A DNA stretch of 61,449 nt, counting the filler, from Hausera hauseri (taxonomy: Eukaryota): the NCBI GenBank assembly GCA_046269625.1. It is 11 parts of 11 records of this genome, joined end to end, with 100 filler letters (N's around TTAATTAATTAA, not from the genome) between each part and the next. Parts side by side here need not be neighbours in the genome. Positions count along the whole stretch, not along the records: positions 33,446 to 40,632 come from JBJURY010032447.1; positions 40,733 to 46,912 come from JBJURY010129095.1; positions 47,013 to 51,346 come from JBJURY010631219.1; 8 more parts are not named here. One strand, given 5' to 3'. Positions 36,401 through 49,399 of the stretch are shown here, one piece after another (within the stretch, counting starts at the first letter, position 1; each line of letters begins with the position of its first letter). A program made the position numbers and the translations under genes. The notes beneath the pieces were generated by a model, which saw only the letters and a list, made by a program, of their open reading frames with translations, was not told where the DNA came from and did no database searches.

Positions 36401-37253
36401 TACCATACAACAAGTTAGTCCTTGTAATAAAAAATTCATACACCTCTGAAATGTAGCAGGTCCTCCTGTCAAAGCAAAGAGCATAAGGTTAAATTCCCAT
36501 AGTCCAGTTCCAGTGGAAAAGCTGTTTTTTGTTTATCTTCTTCGGCGACTTCGACTTGCGAAAATCCACACTGTAAATCTAAAGTGGTAAATATCGCTGC
36601 ATTTCTAAGGGCTGTAAGCATTTGGTCTATTTTTGGTAATGGATAATTATCCTTCTTTGTAACATTATTTACCGCTCTAAAATCCACACAAAATCGTTGT
36701 CCTCCATCTTTCTTCTGCACTAATACTACTGGAGATGTCCATGGTAAGAAACTTAGTCTAATAATACCATGTGCCACCATGCTATTAGCCCTTCGCGTGG
36801 TCTATCAGGAACTGATTGTCCTAAGACTGCTCCTATTGCGTAACCACTGGCATCGGTCATTATTATATAGGGGTACTTTGGATCAGGAAATTGCAATATT
36901 AAAGGTGAAGTAAGTACTTGTTTTAAAATCTGGAACGCTCTCTGATGTGTTTCTTCCCAATTCCATGTTGTCCCTTTCTTAGTTAATTCTACTAGAGGTT
37001 TAACTATACTTGCAAAATTATATACAAACTTCCTATAGTAATTAGCCATTCCTAACAATCTTTGTAACTCCTTAAGACATTTTGGTGGTCTTAATTTCTT
37101 GAGCTTCTCTACATTTCTAGGATCAGGTTGAATCCCTTTATTTGACACTGTGTCCGAGAAAAGTAACAATGTTCTTAGCCAATTCACATTTTTCAACTTA
37201 AATTTTAAATGAGCTTGCTTTCGTCTATCAAATACTTGAGAAATATCTTTTAA
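33446..37253 (-). mobile_element. Rearranged, degraded Ty3/Gypsy pol: duplicated RT-RNH piece, RT, RNase H, integrase, then a protease fragment
   Basis: RFCVDFRAVN; MTDASGYAIGAVL twice; TIERECYAIV; FHPQANG; CIIGRD at 33482..33850. Confidence 0.92.
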
Positions 37254-39390
37254 CCCTTTTAATACTGCGGGAATATAAGTCCCAGACAATTTTCAAAAAT
37301 TACTAGTGCGAAAAGCATTCGCTTTTAAAGCGATTGGAAGGGGCAAAACGGTAGTCTGTGGTCAGTACTTCACAACACATGCTTCGGTTAGCATAACCTA
37401 ACTAATTCATACTTGGTATACGTTAATAAGTGCAGGCATGCTCTTCGTGAATACACATATAAGCAGAACTTTTAGTTTTTTCTGTTTTAGTGAAAATTTT
37501 GTGTTTCTAATTACGGAAGGAAAAGATAAATTACATGTAACATTTATATAAGGATAAAATGATTTGTATGCATTATTTAACCTTTGTTGTATTGAGGCAT
37601 ATATGTCCCTGAAGAGCTTTAGTGTGGAATGTATTTGTCCCAGCAGTATTTTATCATGCGAATTTAATTTTTATTATTGAAATAATTTTAGAATGAATCG
37701 ACCACTGTCTAACAAATAATTAGAGGACGAGCTTGGTAATTTATCTGATATGGAGGTGGATCCTTATCACGACAGTGACGATAGCAGTGACACAGATTAT
37801 AAAGGCTCTGATGGCTCTATGTCTTCTGAAGTAGGTAGCACGGATTCTTTAAATGGTGTAGATATCCAGATGCATGAAAATGTACAAACGGTAAATGAAG
37901 ATAGCGAAAGTGTAAATTTCACTGATACAACTCCTGCACAATCAACTATCAATACTAAATTTATTTGGCACGGCGATATGGATAATCTGTTCCCAAAAAT
38001 GTCACTACCTCAAGAGGACAAGGCAATTATTATGTCTAACCTAAACAGAGGTTCGACCAAGCTTGATTGTTTTTATAAACTATTTCCAAAGAGTCTCATA
38101 ATGCAGATAAGTTATACAAATCTGCGCCTACAAAAGCTCAATAACGCAAAGATGACATCACCAGGAGAAATAAAAATTATTCTGGGTTGTTCATTGATAA
38201 TGTCATATAATCGTGTACAAGCAATGCATATGTATTGGTCGCGCAACAAATCCCTCCGGAACGCAGCAATATCAGAATCCATTTCCCAAAATCGTTTTAT
38301 GCTACTGATGTCAAAATTGTATTTCAATGACCCCGAAAAACCTCCAGAGGCATAGAAAACGTATTACATTGAAGGCGTTTTGTCCTGCTTGAAAAATACA
38401 TTTTTGAAAGCGAGAACTGACATCACATTTCAATCCATTGATGAGTCAATGACGAAATTCAAAGGGCGGTCCAGTCTGAAACAGTATCTCCCCTTGAAAC
38501 CTGTCAAAAGAGGAATCAAACTTTGGACAAGATGCGATGCAGTAACGGGGTATGTTTATGACATAAACATATATAGTGGACAGGAAGCTGAAGTTACTGA
38601 AGGAACCTTGGGCGAGCGTGTGGTTCTAAAATTGGCAGAAACAATTACAAGTTCAAACGTTGCTTTATGTTTCGACCGTTTTTTCACGTCAACACGCCTA
38701 CTTGACACCATAAATTTTTCTGTTGTAGGAACATTTATATCAAATCGTAAAAACACACCCAAGTTTCAAACTAAACTAAAAGAAAGAGGTGAATGTGAAA
38801 TAGCAGTATGTGACGAAGGGATATTAGCAATCAAGTGGAAAGATACAAAAGATGTGTTACTTATGAGCAACTGTCACAATGCCACTATTGATACTACAGT
38901 TCGAAAAATGAAAGATGGTACTACTAAAAATATTGAATGCCCTGAAGCTATGATTTTCTACAATAAATATATGGGGGGGGGCGTAGATCATGCAGATCAA
39001 ATGATTACTTTATACGATTTAGATAGAAGTGGGAAATGGTGGAAGAAAGTATTTTTTAGGTTGCTAATGACCTGTGTTCATAATTCGTATATTTTGTATC
39101 AAGAACTCACTCGCAAAAAATTCCATTTATCGATTTCTTAGTAGATGTAGCTGAAGAGTTGATTAGTCAAGGACGATCAGAATCTTTGTACAAACGGTCC
39201 AGAAGACAGGGCAGGGTTTCAAAGAATGTCAAAGTTTTCGCAAATGTTGGAGATCATCTTCCAGTTGAAAAGGCGGCCGAAACAGATGCATAGGATGCCA
39301 GTCCAAGAAAATTGAAAAAAGGACTAAAATCATTTGCCAAAAATGTCAAGTAGCTTTATGTATTGATTGTTTTACACCATACCATAAATA
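37254..39390 (+). mobile_element. piggyBac transposon (left end and interrupted transposase, ~37693-39390) inserted at TTAA within Gypsy RT
   Basis: TTAA|CCCTTT at 37250-37259; SIDESMTKFKGR; FDRFFTS; YNKYMGGVD; C-terminal Cys-rich CQKCQVALCIDCF. Stop at 38353. Right end not found. Confidence 0.92.
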
Positions 39391-39929
39391 ATGTAACAGG
39401 TTTAATAAAAATATTTTCTACTTTACATGCAACGACAAAATGCTTACAAAGGAAAAAACTGGAGCAATTCAGATTTTCGTTAACAACTCTTGAATAGTAA
39501 AATCTTGAATTTCCTGGATGTTAGACAAGATATTAGTCAATAAATTTCTCTTTCGCGTTTCAATCGTAATGATTTGGTGCAATTAACATTGAATAGATGA
39601 CATAATCAATACTCATTTTCAGCTACTTAAGACTTGTTTTGGAAATTTCATTGATCATTTAACATTTTTTAGATAAATTTAATTGTCACAATTATTTGAA
39701 AAATATTTTACTCATCATTATCAGTTGATATTAAATATTGAAAAGGTATCAAAATATTAACATTTTATACTTTTAGGTGAAGTTAATGTCATCAAAATGA
39801 TTTCAGTTTTTTTGAGATTTACAGTTGGTACAAAAGTATATTCATACTTTGAAAACTGTTTATCAGTGAAGAAATTGATGTGTAATTTATATACCATGAT
39901 TCACCAGGGTCATTTTTATTACAATAACG

Positions 39930-40632
39930 TACGTGGTGAGGCTAAAAGTCCTCAGACTCGTATAGAAATAAAAAAGATGGGGAACCAAATTTTGCATTTA
40001 AAAAAACAATTGTATGTAGGTAAGTGAAATGTTTTTTTTAATTGTTGTACATTTTCTTTGCAATCAGTTGGCGTTTATTCGAAAGAATGTACGGCGCAGT
40101 CGAATTTTGCAGTGTTATTCGTTTTTTTCTGTTGAAGAACACTAACAAGAAAAACATTATTCTCCAGCTTCAAGAAACATATGGTGACGAAGGCCCATCA
40201 AAGGCGACCATTTATAATTGGATTTGCCAGTTTTCCTCTGGTCGAACAAGTGTGTTTGACAGCGAAAGAAGTAGGAGACCAGTGTAAATCGGTTTTGAGA
40301 AAAAGGAGAAATTGAAGTAAATTGTGGCCCAGGAGAGGAAGATTATCAAAATGGAGCTGTCTCAGCGACTGAATGTGCGCAAGAGAACAGTGCAGCTTCT
40401 GTGGAGAAATTGGGAATAAGGTAGCTGAGCAGTCGATTAGTACCACAGCCGAAATGATGGACAGACGTCAAACAGCATGTGAAAACAAGCCACGCAACCA
40501 GAATCTTTGTTTGCTGTACGACAACACTTCTGTGCTCACATCGCATCGAAAACAACAGGCAATTGCAAAAAGTGGATTCATGGACCACTCTCCATACAGT
40601 TCTGATATTGCATCCAGCGATATTGCAACCAC
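39930..40632 (+). mobile_element. Internally deleted mariner transposon
   Basis: VIRFF...LQETYGDEGPSKATIYNWICQF..GRTSVFDSERS; HSPYSSDIASSD (YSPDLAPSD-like); candidate TA+TIR at 39930. Confidence 0.85.
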
Positions 40633-41045
40633 NNNNNNNNNNNNNNNNNNNNNNNNNNNNNNNNNNNNNNNNNNNNTTAATTAATTAANNNNNNNNNNNN
40701 NNNNNNNNNNNNNNNNNNNNNNNNNNNNNNNNTTGGTACATGTTATTTTATTGCACTTGGTTCGTTCGATTTTCGGTTTCGGGCAAACTATGGGAATTTT
40801 CGATACATTTATGTTTTCGAGGACTTTGATATAATCTGACTTTGATATAATCTGACTTTCATTAAGAACTTATTCGATTTTCACATCATGAAGACTTTGC
40901 TTCGAGAACCGAGACAAATGGCACGTCGTTTAAGTACTCGTTTAATAAACTTGCATTTCTTCTTAGATCGTTTCACGGTCGCTATTGTTTATCTTGAAAA
41001 ATTGGCTCTTCTACCTGAATCCGCGGCACCACAATATTCCTTAAA

Positions 41046-44000
41046 GTGCAGAAACAATCTCAAACAAATCAGCTGCATTTTGGTGACCACCCGACGATCG
41101 CGTTTAGTAAGTCAATACTAAAGAAAACGACTACCAATTTGAATTATTTTTATAATCATTTATTATATAGAAATTTTTATTACGGCAGAAAATACGATAT
41201 TGCCAACTGCATGGCACCCATTACTAATAGCACAGCTGCCAACACCATCTTTAACACAAACATCCTGCACCAAATACCATCCAGTCACAATACTTCTTCT
41301 ATAACTCATACCTCAACTGCATCCAGTCACAATGCATCGACACCATCGGGTAATTTGTCGTCATTGCCTTCTGATCTACAGAAATACATTTCGTCCTCCT
41401 GCACGCATCTGTTGCAAAAGAACACGTCATTCATACCACCTCAATCCACCTTTCACCACATAGTAGCAGCACACCAGAGACCAATACGTCAAAAGGTCCT
41501 CCCGCTGAGTTTTTCGACCTTGAGAAATCAAGTATAATGAGAACATTCAAATCCCCCTGGTCTTCACCACTGCATGTGGTTCCAGAAAAGATGGCACCTT
41601 TCGCCCATGCGGTGATTACCGCCAACTTAACACCATAACAGCAATGGATGCCTACCCTCTACTATTAATCAACGATATCCTTCACAGGCTCCATTGTGCG
41701 ATCATCTTTTCCTGCACTGATTTGCACAAAGCATACTACCAAATTCCTGTGGCCCAGCAGACATTTCGAAAACAGCTGTCATTACATCTTTCGGCATTTT
41801 CAAATACCTATTTATGCCTTTTGGACTCCGTAGCTCTTCGCAGACCTTCCAAAGGCATATAGATACAGTTCTATCATGTTTAGACTTCGCTTATCCATAC
41901 ATTGATGATATTTTAATTGCATCATCCTCCTCGAAGCAATACTCTAAACATTTACGTTTTATCTTTCAACGTTTGCACCAAAATAACTTGCAAATCAATT
42001 TCTCCAAATGCCCCTTTTTCAACACGAGGTCAATTTCCTAGGACATGTCATTAGCTCCGCCGGACATTCACCTCAGCCAGACCTCATCGCACAGCTCAAA
42101 AGCATACAGCTACCACGTACATAAACAGAGATGTGCTCTTTCCTCGGAACCTTGCACTTTATTCATATGTACGTTCCACATTGTTCCACTCTAACCGCTC
42201 CATTTGCATCACTAAGCTCTGGCAAGACGAAACAGTTCATTCAATGGACCACCAAACTAGTCAACGCTTTCGATAACCTCAAAGACAATTTAAAAACTGT
42301 CGAAATCCTGGTTTATCCAGACTCCCATGCAGAACTCTTCTTAACCACGGATGTACCCATAACAGCTGCAGGTGCTGTCCTCCTTCAAGTTAAAAATGGA
42401 TCCCATGAGCCATTGGAATTCTTTTATCGAAAATTCACAGCACAAGAGCAAAGATATTTCACCTTTGACCGTGAGTTGCTTGCAATGGCCCTTGCCGTAA
42501 AACACTTCAAACATATGCTAACTGCACGAACTTTTACAATACAAACGGACCACAAGCTCTTGCTTCAATTTTTCACTATAAAATCGCATTCTCCACGTCA
42601 GGAGAGGCAAATATCATATTTGTCAACATTTAATTTTGTAATTAAACACCTAAACGGAGTTGACAATTTAGTAGCTGACTTTTTGTCCCGATCGGTAAGC
42701 TCGACTGATTTTACACCAATTTTTTCTCAGTCCAAATATCAGCAAAACCAGCCACTTCCTGACATCCTTAAATCTTTTAAATATTGTAAAACCATCGATG
42801 GTGTGGCCTTTTACACCTCCAAATCTAATAATCTCAAAATCATTCTTTCTGAATCGCTTCAAAAAGAAGCATTCAATAGCATTCATTTGTTGCATCATCC
42901 TGGTGCCAAGGACACTTTTCGCCTCTTACAACGCCAAATAGTATGGCCATCGATGCGCTCTGACATGCAGGCATTGGTTAGGTAGTGTGTGGCATGCCAA
43001 AAATACAAAGTTATTAAGCACTTAAAGCTACCAATATTTCATTTTTCCTGCACGTCTCGTTTTGAATCCGTTCACATTGACCTTGTAGGCTCACTACTTT
43101 TAGACAACGGTCATCAGTTCATGCTCACAATGATGGACTGTTCCTCGCGATGGCCAGAAGCCGCCCTGCTTCGGAGCACCAACACAAAAACCATTGTAGG
43201 CGTTTTTATCCGCACTTGGATCAGCAGGTTTGGATTACATCGCCACATCATTTCGGACCAAGGTCCACAGTTCGAATTCAACCTGCTTAAAATCTTGTCA
43301 ATCGATTGGGAATTAACCATATTCATACATCGCCATATCATCCCCAATCGAACGGCCTTCTCGAACGCTTTCACCGAACAATGAAAACATCTCTCGAAAT
43401 CCTCGCTGCGTCCAATCGCAGTTGGATTACACGCAAATAAACCCTACATACCGACGATTTATATACTGCCAAGTTCGTTTGGTTAAAGAATCAGACGCCG
43501 TGTGGCTTTCAATCTCAGTATGTCGGCCCTTACAAAGTAGTTTGCTTGCACTTCCACAACATCATCATTCTTAAAGACGAAAAAGAAGTAGCAGTTCACA
43601 TCAACAACGCTAAACCGGCTTTCTTCATTGACGACACGTCTCCAATCGAAACCACTTCTCCGCGAACATCTTTACACGACGAGCAGCAATCTAACAATCC
43701 ACCTTCCATCTCTGCCCAATTTCTTAATACACTTTTGCTTACGTTTTCTCCCAAAACTTCCACTTCAATTTCTTCTCACAATTCAGCCTCTTTCGCCCCA
43801 TCCGATTTTTTACCTTCAAGCCTTCCACCATCTTCATTTCCTCACAACAACCTGCTTTGTCATTTTACAGCACTTCCTCCATCAAACACAATTTCGACTT
43901 TACCAATCTCTCCATCTACACTTTTTATCATTCCAGCCTCCTTCACACCACTTTCGAACTACTCTCTTTTGCATTCTCCATCTTTTTGCTGTCTTCAGTT

Positions 44001-44640
44001 TTTTACCTCTTCGCCGTCTTTTCTCTTTCTTTCTCTTTCCACATCTTTCTCATCTTCGGCGCTTTCTTTCTCCTTTGTCCTCACACATCATCTTCTACTT
44101 TTTTCACTTCCGCTTTACAACTTCCTCCTCTCTTTACATCTTTCCATATCCCCTTTTCTCTCTCTACTGCTACTTCAGTTTCATATTCTACTTTTACTCT
44201 CTCACACAATTTAATTCCAACCTCTACTCCAACTTCGCTTTTTCTTCCTTTATCCGCCACTACACATTGAACCATTCCTTCGTCTTCAACAATCTCTTTT
44301 CCCCTTCACCTTCTTCTTCTCTTCAGTCTGATTCATCTGTGCAGAGTTCCCTACTCACAACAAAATCCGATAATTTTTTCCAAATTTCAACCTCTGCAAA
44401 CAAACACACAGCATAAAGACAAAACACGCAGAGTCACATTCAACAAGTTTAGCAGGGAAAAATCACTAGAAGGCACCCAACGTCTTGTCTACACTGAGAC
44501 CGACTGACATAGACACTTTTTCGTTTTGCGGTTTTTTGTTTTTCTTTCTTTTTTACCCTTTATAGTTTTCACTTTGACACGAGGAGGTGGTGTGGTGCCC
44601 ACAGCGGCCGGCGTCCTCTAACCCATTTCGTTGTGCTTCT
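41046..44640 (+). mobile_element. Degraded Ty3/Gypsy pol (RT, RNase H, IN), pyrimidine-rich tail, PPT and 3' LTR start
   Basis: DLHKAYYQIP; MPFGL; YIDD; FDRELLA; VHIDLVG; SDQGPQF; GAGGAGGTGG|TGTGGTGCCC at 44581-44600. Confidence 0.92.
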
Positions 44641-45545
44641 TTCAAGGTGCTTCTTTGAGTTATCGAATGTTAGAAATGGTTCACAGTCACGATCTGCATG
44701 GTAATTGAAAGATCTGGAGTATAAAGTTGAAAAGATAAGGAAAATGGAATATGGGGAACTGGTCGAGGAGGTACAGCATCATAAACCGAATAAGGTCGCA
44801 TCTGATAACTAGTTTGATACAAATAAGAATTCGATCTAGACCCGATTCCAAAATCCGGATACAATTGATCGGTATCTGTCGTCAGTGTGGTATTGTAAAA
44901 TGATGTTTCGATCGGCGGTGGTTGACTCAACGACGGTAGTTCCATACCATTCGGCATTTGCAATTGCAAACCTGTCTCGGTAATCACAATACCATATGAT
45001 GAAATACTCTGAATCAAATGGTTGTTTCCATCATCGACACGAACTTATGTATTCCTTTCACGTTCGATAAAAAGGGACTGAGATTCGCCGTAGTTCTCTA
45101 TATTTCCTGAATTCGACATTTCGTAGTTATTTGTTGCATCCGAATCAACAACATAAGCCGGGTGTATTGTTCTACCGACATGGGAACCCTCAATATTAGC
45201 CTTTGAAATTAACGAGTTAACCAATCTCTGTGGAGTGTTAATATATAGGCTGCATTGTATTAGTTTATTTACTTTTTTCAACTTTTTAAATTCGTACCCA
45301 CCGTATATTTCTTCCAATAATTTAACTTTATTTTTCAGATCATTTGTTACTTTGATAAATCTAAGAGACTTGGCTTTAACTTGTTTATATTTCTATTTTA
45401 ACTGACAAAGTGACGGAACTGATGAAAATGAAATATTACTAAGAAAAGAGGAATGCTTCTCATTAGGTGAAGATTGGTCAGTAAGTGAGAGCGGAGATAA
45501 TGAGCCCGATTGAATTGCATCTGGTTTCATAAATTTATCTTCACT

Positions 45546-45650
45546 GTGGTGCCCACAGCGGCCGGCGCCCTTTGGCCCATTTGGTTGGGTGTGGCCGGGC
45601 TTTCGTCGCCGCCGCGTCGGACTTATAAGCGGCCCCCAATCCTCCTGTCG
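45546..45650 (+). repeat. Second GC-rich LTR-start fragment
   Basis: TGTGGTGCCCACAGCGGCCGGCG identical to 44591-44613. TATA-like TTATAAG downstream. Confidence 0.7.
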
Positions 45651-46199
45651 AAATAGTCAAAGTGCCTTTGGGAATATTGTTCGTTTCGGTACAGTGCTTT
45701 CATAAATTGGTCATTCTATTTAGCACTAAAACATTGTCTTTCACAGAATCTCAGGAAGTAACAAATAAAATGGCTCAAAGAACATCTCTAAATATTTTTG
45801 ATGATCGACCGCCAGCACGTTCAAGCATCAGTTTGTTGATAATTCTGTTGATATGTTTAATATTGATAAGTTACGATCATATATACTGTTTGTGAAGAGT
45901 AATTTTCATCCAAAGGGCGTCCTTCGGAAAATCGGTTTTATTCTCCAACTGGAAAATCATTATTGCAATATTATAAATAGTTCGGTTGATTTCCAAATCG
46001 ACACAGATATTCCTTTGTTATCTGTGTTTCAAAATCCAAAGATTCGTTATTTAAAAAGCGATAAACTTCCGTCTAATTTGCGAAAAGAATATTTGCATCG
46101 ACAGGGTGTAAAACAATCAGAAACACAATTCAGAAAAGTATAGTCGAATCGGTGGAGAAATTCATCGTGAAATAAAACTGCCATTGTTGTACCAGCGGG

Positions 46200-46772
46200 T
46201 TTTGTCAGAATTTCCCCAAAATGGACTTTGTTGTGCATTTGCGTACAGATTGACCGTTTATAAACAATTAGGCCAAGCCGATGGCGTGGCAAAAATGATG
46301 GATTTTATTTGTCATTATCGACGATCCGTTGAATTGGCATAAAGAAAATATGGACCAACATCCTCATTATTATTCATTTTGGAAATATTGTGTACCAAAT
46401 TTATCGATCGAATTCAGTGGAGTCGTTTTGATACCAATGTCTATTTCAATCCTCTAGTCCGTTGTAAAAGTCAACTAAGCAATGCAAAGTAATCTCGATA
46501 AAATCATTTGTGAATGACTTAAAATCGTAGAAACATCTTTACGTTAGGCGTCGACTCCACAAATCCGTCTTTTGGATAAAGAAAAACATCACTGGCAACA
46601 GTGATGTTTTGAAAGATTTCTAGTTTCTCACAATCGAAGTGTCAAACAAGTCGTTGCCGTTGCGTTGTTATTATCACCGCAGCCGTTTAGCAAAGAAGAA
46701 CATTATTTGAACATTTGCAGTGTTTCGTACAGTGATGACATTCGGATGATTTTCGGTGAAGACAAGTCCACT
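46200..46772 (+). pseudogene. TAM41: Intronless TAM41 (mitochondrial phosphatidate cytidylyltransferase) pseudogene
   Basis: AFAY; MMDFI; DDPLNWHKEN..HPHYYSF; VYFNPL; LYV..RLHKSV; SYSDDIRMIFGEDK. Multiple stops and frameshifts. Confidence 0.82.
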
Positions 46773-47012
46773 TATTAATGGTAAATAGAAAACGAAATGT
46801 CGTTGAGGGGATGGCATACTATCGCCGACTTAACCCCACATAACGATATTTTTTTATTTTGTTTAAATAATAAAAAAGACGTAATTTTTGCTGCCTTGAT
46901 GATTCTTGTAAANNNNNNNNNNNNNNNNNNNNNNNNNNNNNNNNNNNNNNNNNNNNTTAATTAATTAANNNNNNNNNNNNNNNNNNNNNNNNNNNNNNNN
47001 NNNNNNNNNNNN

Positions 47013-47150
47013 AGTGCACTGTGCAGTGATCGATAAGTGAAGTGCAAGAGTGCCCTTAGCAACGGTGCCTAGCGGCACCGTTGTTAAACACTTTATGGAT
47101 CGATAGTGCACACAGTGCACTATCGATCGGCACATGCGCAAAATCGATCT
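47013..47150. repeat. Double-hairpin repeat, reverse-orientation homolog of 7298-7440
   Basis: Stems TTAGCAACGGTGCC/GGCACCGTTGTTAA (47056-47087) and a perfect 14-bp GATCGATAGTGCAC/GTGCACTATCGATC (47098-47128). Confidence 0.8.
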
Positions 47151-47466
47151 ATCTATTACCCCCCGGGGTGGGACAGAACCGCCATTTTCTCCTTACTTAT
47201 ATTTATACGTCGGTGCTGACCATTTCCCACACAAATCCCATCATTATTTACGCCAGTATAAAAAAGTTGTTTATTAAAATTTATTTCTTTCATTATCTAT
47301 TAGCTGCTTCAATTTTATTAAACTTGTTACCGACCTCTTTTGGAAATATCATATTTTCTCTTTGTTTTTCATAATTCCATTCGATTCTTGTCACCTGAAA
47401 ATTTTGAAATAAATCTGGTACTTAACGCAGTCGTTTGTTGGCGATAAATGTTGCTACTATTTCGGC

Positions 47467-49200
47467 ATGACTTCTGATGTCCCCGTAATTCTAAATCATT
47501 TCAGCAAAACACTTTTTTTCTTTATTTCTCAGATCATAAATTCCGTCTATTCTATTCAATCGTTGCTTTACTTTATCTTTTGTCCACGACATTGCTTCTC
47601 GAGATATTTTGCTACTGTCGACAAAGTTACTCATTCTACATTGAAATTTAAATTAGCTTCACTGGACAAAATTAGTAAACTACGCTTTCATGATCTGAAG
47701 TATTTGACAGTCGTAGGAATTCATGAACTCGACGATGACTACATAGAATTTAATAAAATGACCCAACCACCTTGTGGCATTGTTAAATACTCACCACTCG
47801 TACTTTGTCCTACCAAACCGTTCAAGCCCAATACCGAACCATCTATGGAAATTAATGGATCTGTAATGAAACAAAGTGGAATCGGTTCACATTATCGCAA
47901 AGTAACCTTCTTAACTTCGTACAACCACGTTGACATACCACTCTACCCAGCTTGCCATCTATCATCGCTGTTTTCATTCTCTCTTTATGTCAATAATATC
48001 TTACTACAAACCGTATATATCACACAATGTATGGAAACATCACAATTATACTCTTTCGTTTATAATACCACCGCCTACAGCGATTTCTACCTGACTCACA
48101 ACGGTTTCATTTTAACTGACCTCACACAAGTCATAGCCTCACATCACCATCTATATATACATGTCAATCCTAGGGTCCGCGGCGGTATGATTGCTCCACT
48201 AACTAGTGACACCACCGATAAAGTGACCACAAAACCCAAACCGATTTTCTACTACCCCAAACCAAATCATCCACCTACTTCAACCGATGCAAATTCTTCT
48301 CAAAAAATCCTATCAATACTACACCACATTGTACTGAATACTTTACAGACAATGAGAAGTCTAGTAAAACCTGGCTCCACTTCCATCAGCTCTGGTTACA
48401 GTCCAACGGTATCACTGACTCGTTTTCCAAAGCTCATAATCTACTTTATCTTTTACCAAACTCTATAAAGGCTTCAATCCATAACTTACTGGACATCTTC
48501 CAACACCCTGACACTTATACACAATGGTTCAATGCTGTGTTAAAACAGACAGAACCACCAATTGATTCAATAATGCAGCGTTTCTTTAATGAAAATGCAA
48601 TGGGGACAAAAAACCTAGCGATTTCCTAAGTACCTCGTTGGCTCACTTACGTACTCTAGGCGTCACCAAGGAACATAACCCGGATCTACTTCGACAATAT
48701 TTCCTTAACGCTTTACCAATTCAGATTAGGGCTTTGCTTACCGTTGTTCAAGATTCTGCAGCCTTAGATAAGCTAGTTGAATTGGCAGATAAAGCACACG
48801 AAGTCTTACAAATCCAATTACAACCTATCATATCAGCCGCTATTACGAATGATGTCGATCAACGACATGCATCCATCAAACACCAGTTAAATCATTTACG
48901 TGCCAAAAATGAGGCACTACAACACACAATCAACCCCATCAACAATAAACTGAACGAGATTGCACCGACTCGACGTGAGGGTTTCATACGTGACAGTAAC
49001 CTTTCAGTATCTCGTGGTCGTTCACCTTCATTTGGACGATCACTGATTTGCTACTACCACGGTAGGTTTGATAGCAACGCGCAAAAATGACACCTAGGGT
49101 GCAAATTTTATGATCAAAGATACCATACAAACAACGTCATTTGCATATATCATGCAAAATTCAGACAATGCACGCAAATGCATTCCAGGTTGCACGTTTA
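47467..49200 (+). pseudogene. Gypsy gag with N-terminal leader (unknown ~168-aa region plus ubiquitin-like domain ending RVRGG), frameshifted
   Basis: Leader is in frame with MIAPLTSD (48187). Gag-like LLRQYFLNALPIQIRALL...LDKLVELADK; knuckles CYYHGRFD and CIYHAKF. Confidence 0.75.
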
Positions 49201-49399
49201 AAAACAAATCACACCATGCAAATGACGAACGCACAACTTTCGTTTCTAACAGTCGCTCAGGTTCACCGTTTTCAAATAACTAACTTCGCCGCCAGAGTTT
49301 TCGGCAAGCACTGTCGAAGGCAACTCTTTACTTTATAATAGCCGAAAAATTTCTTTTGCTGTGTTGACATTAAAAGCCTCCACCATCGGACCGACATCT

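Noticed and set aside
40822-40859. 16-bp tandem duplication GACTTTGATATAATCT
   Set aside because: Simple local duplication with no spacer structure; not CRISPR-like.
43546-44416. Three overlapping hydrophobic ORFs as membrane proteins
   Set aside because: Artefact of C/T-rich low complexity that lacks stop codons.
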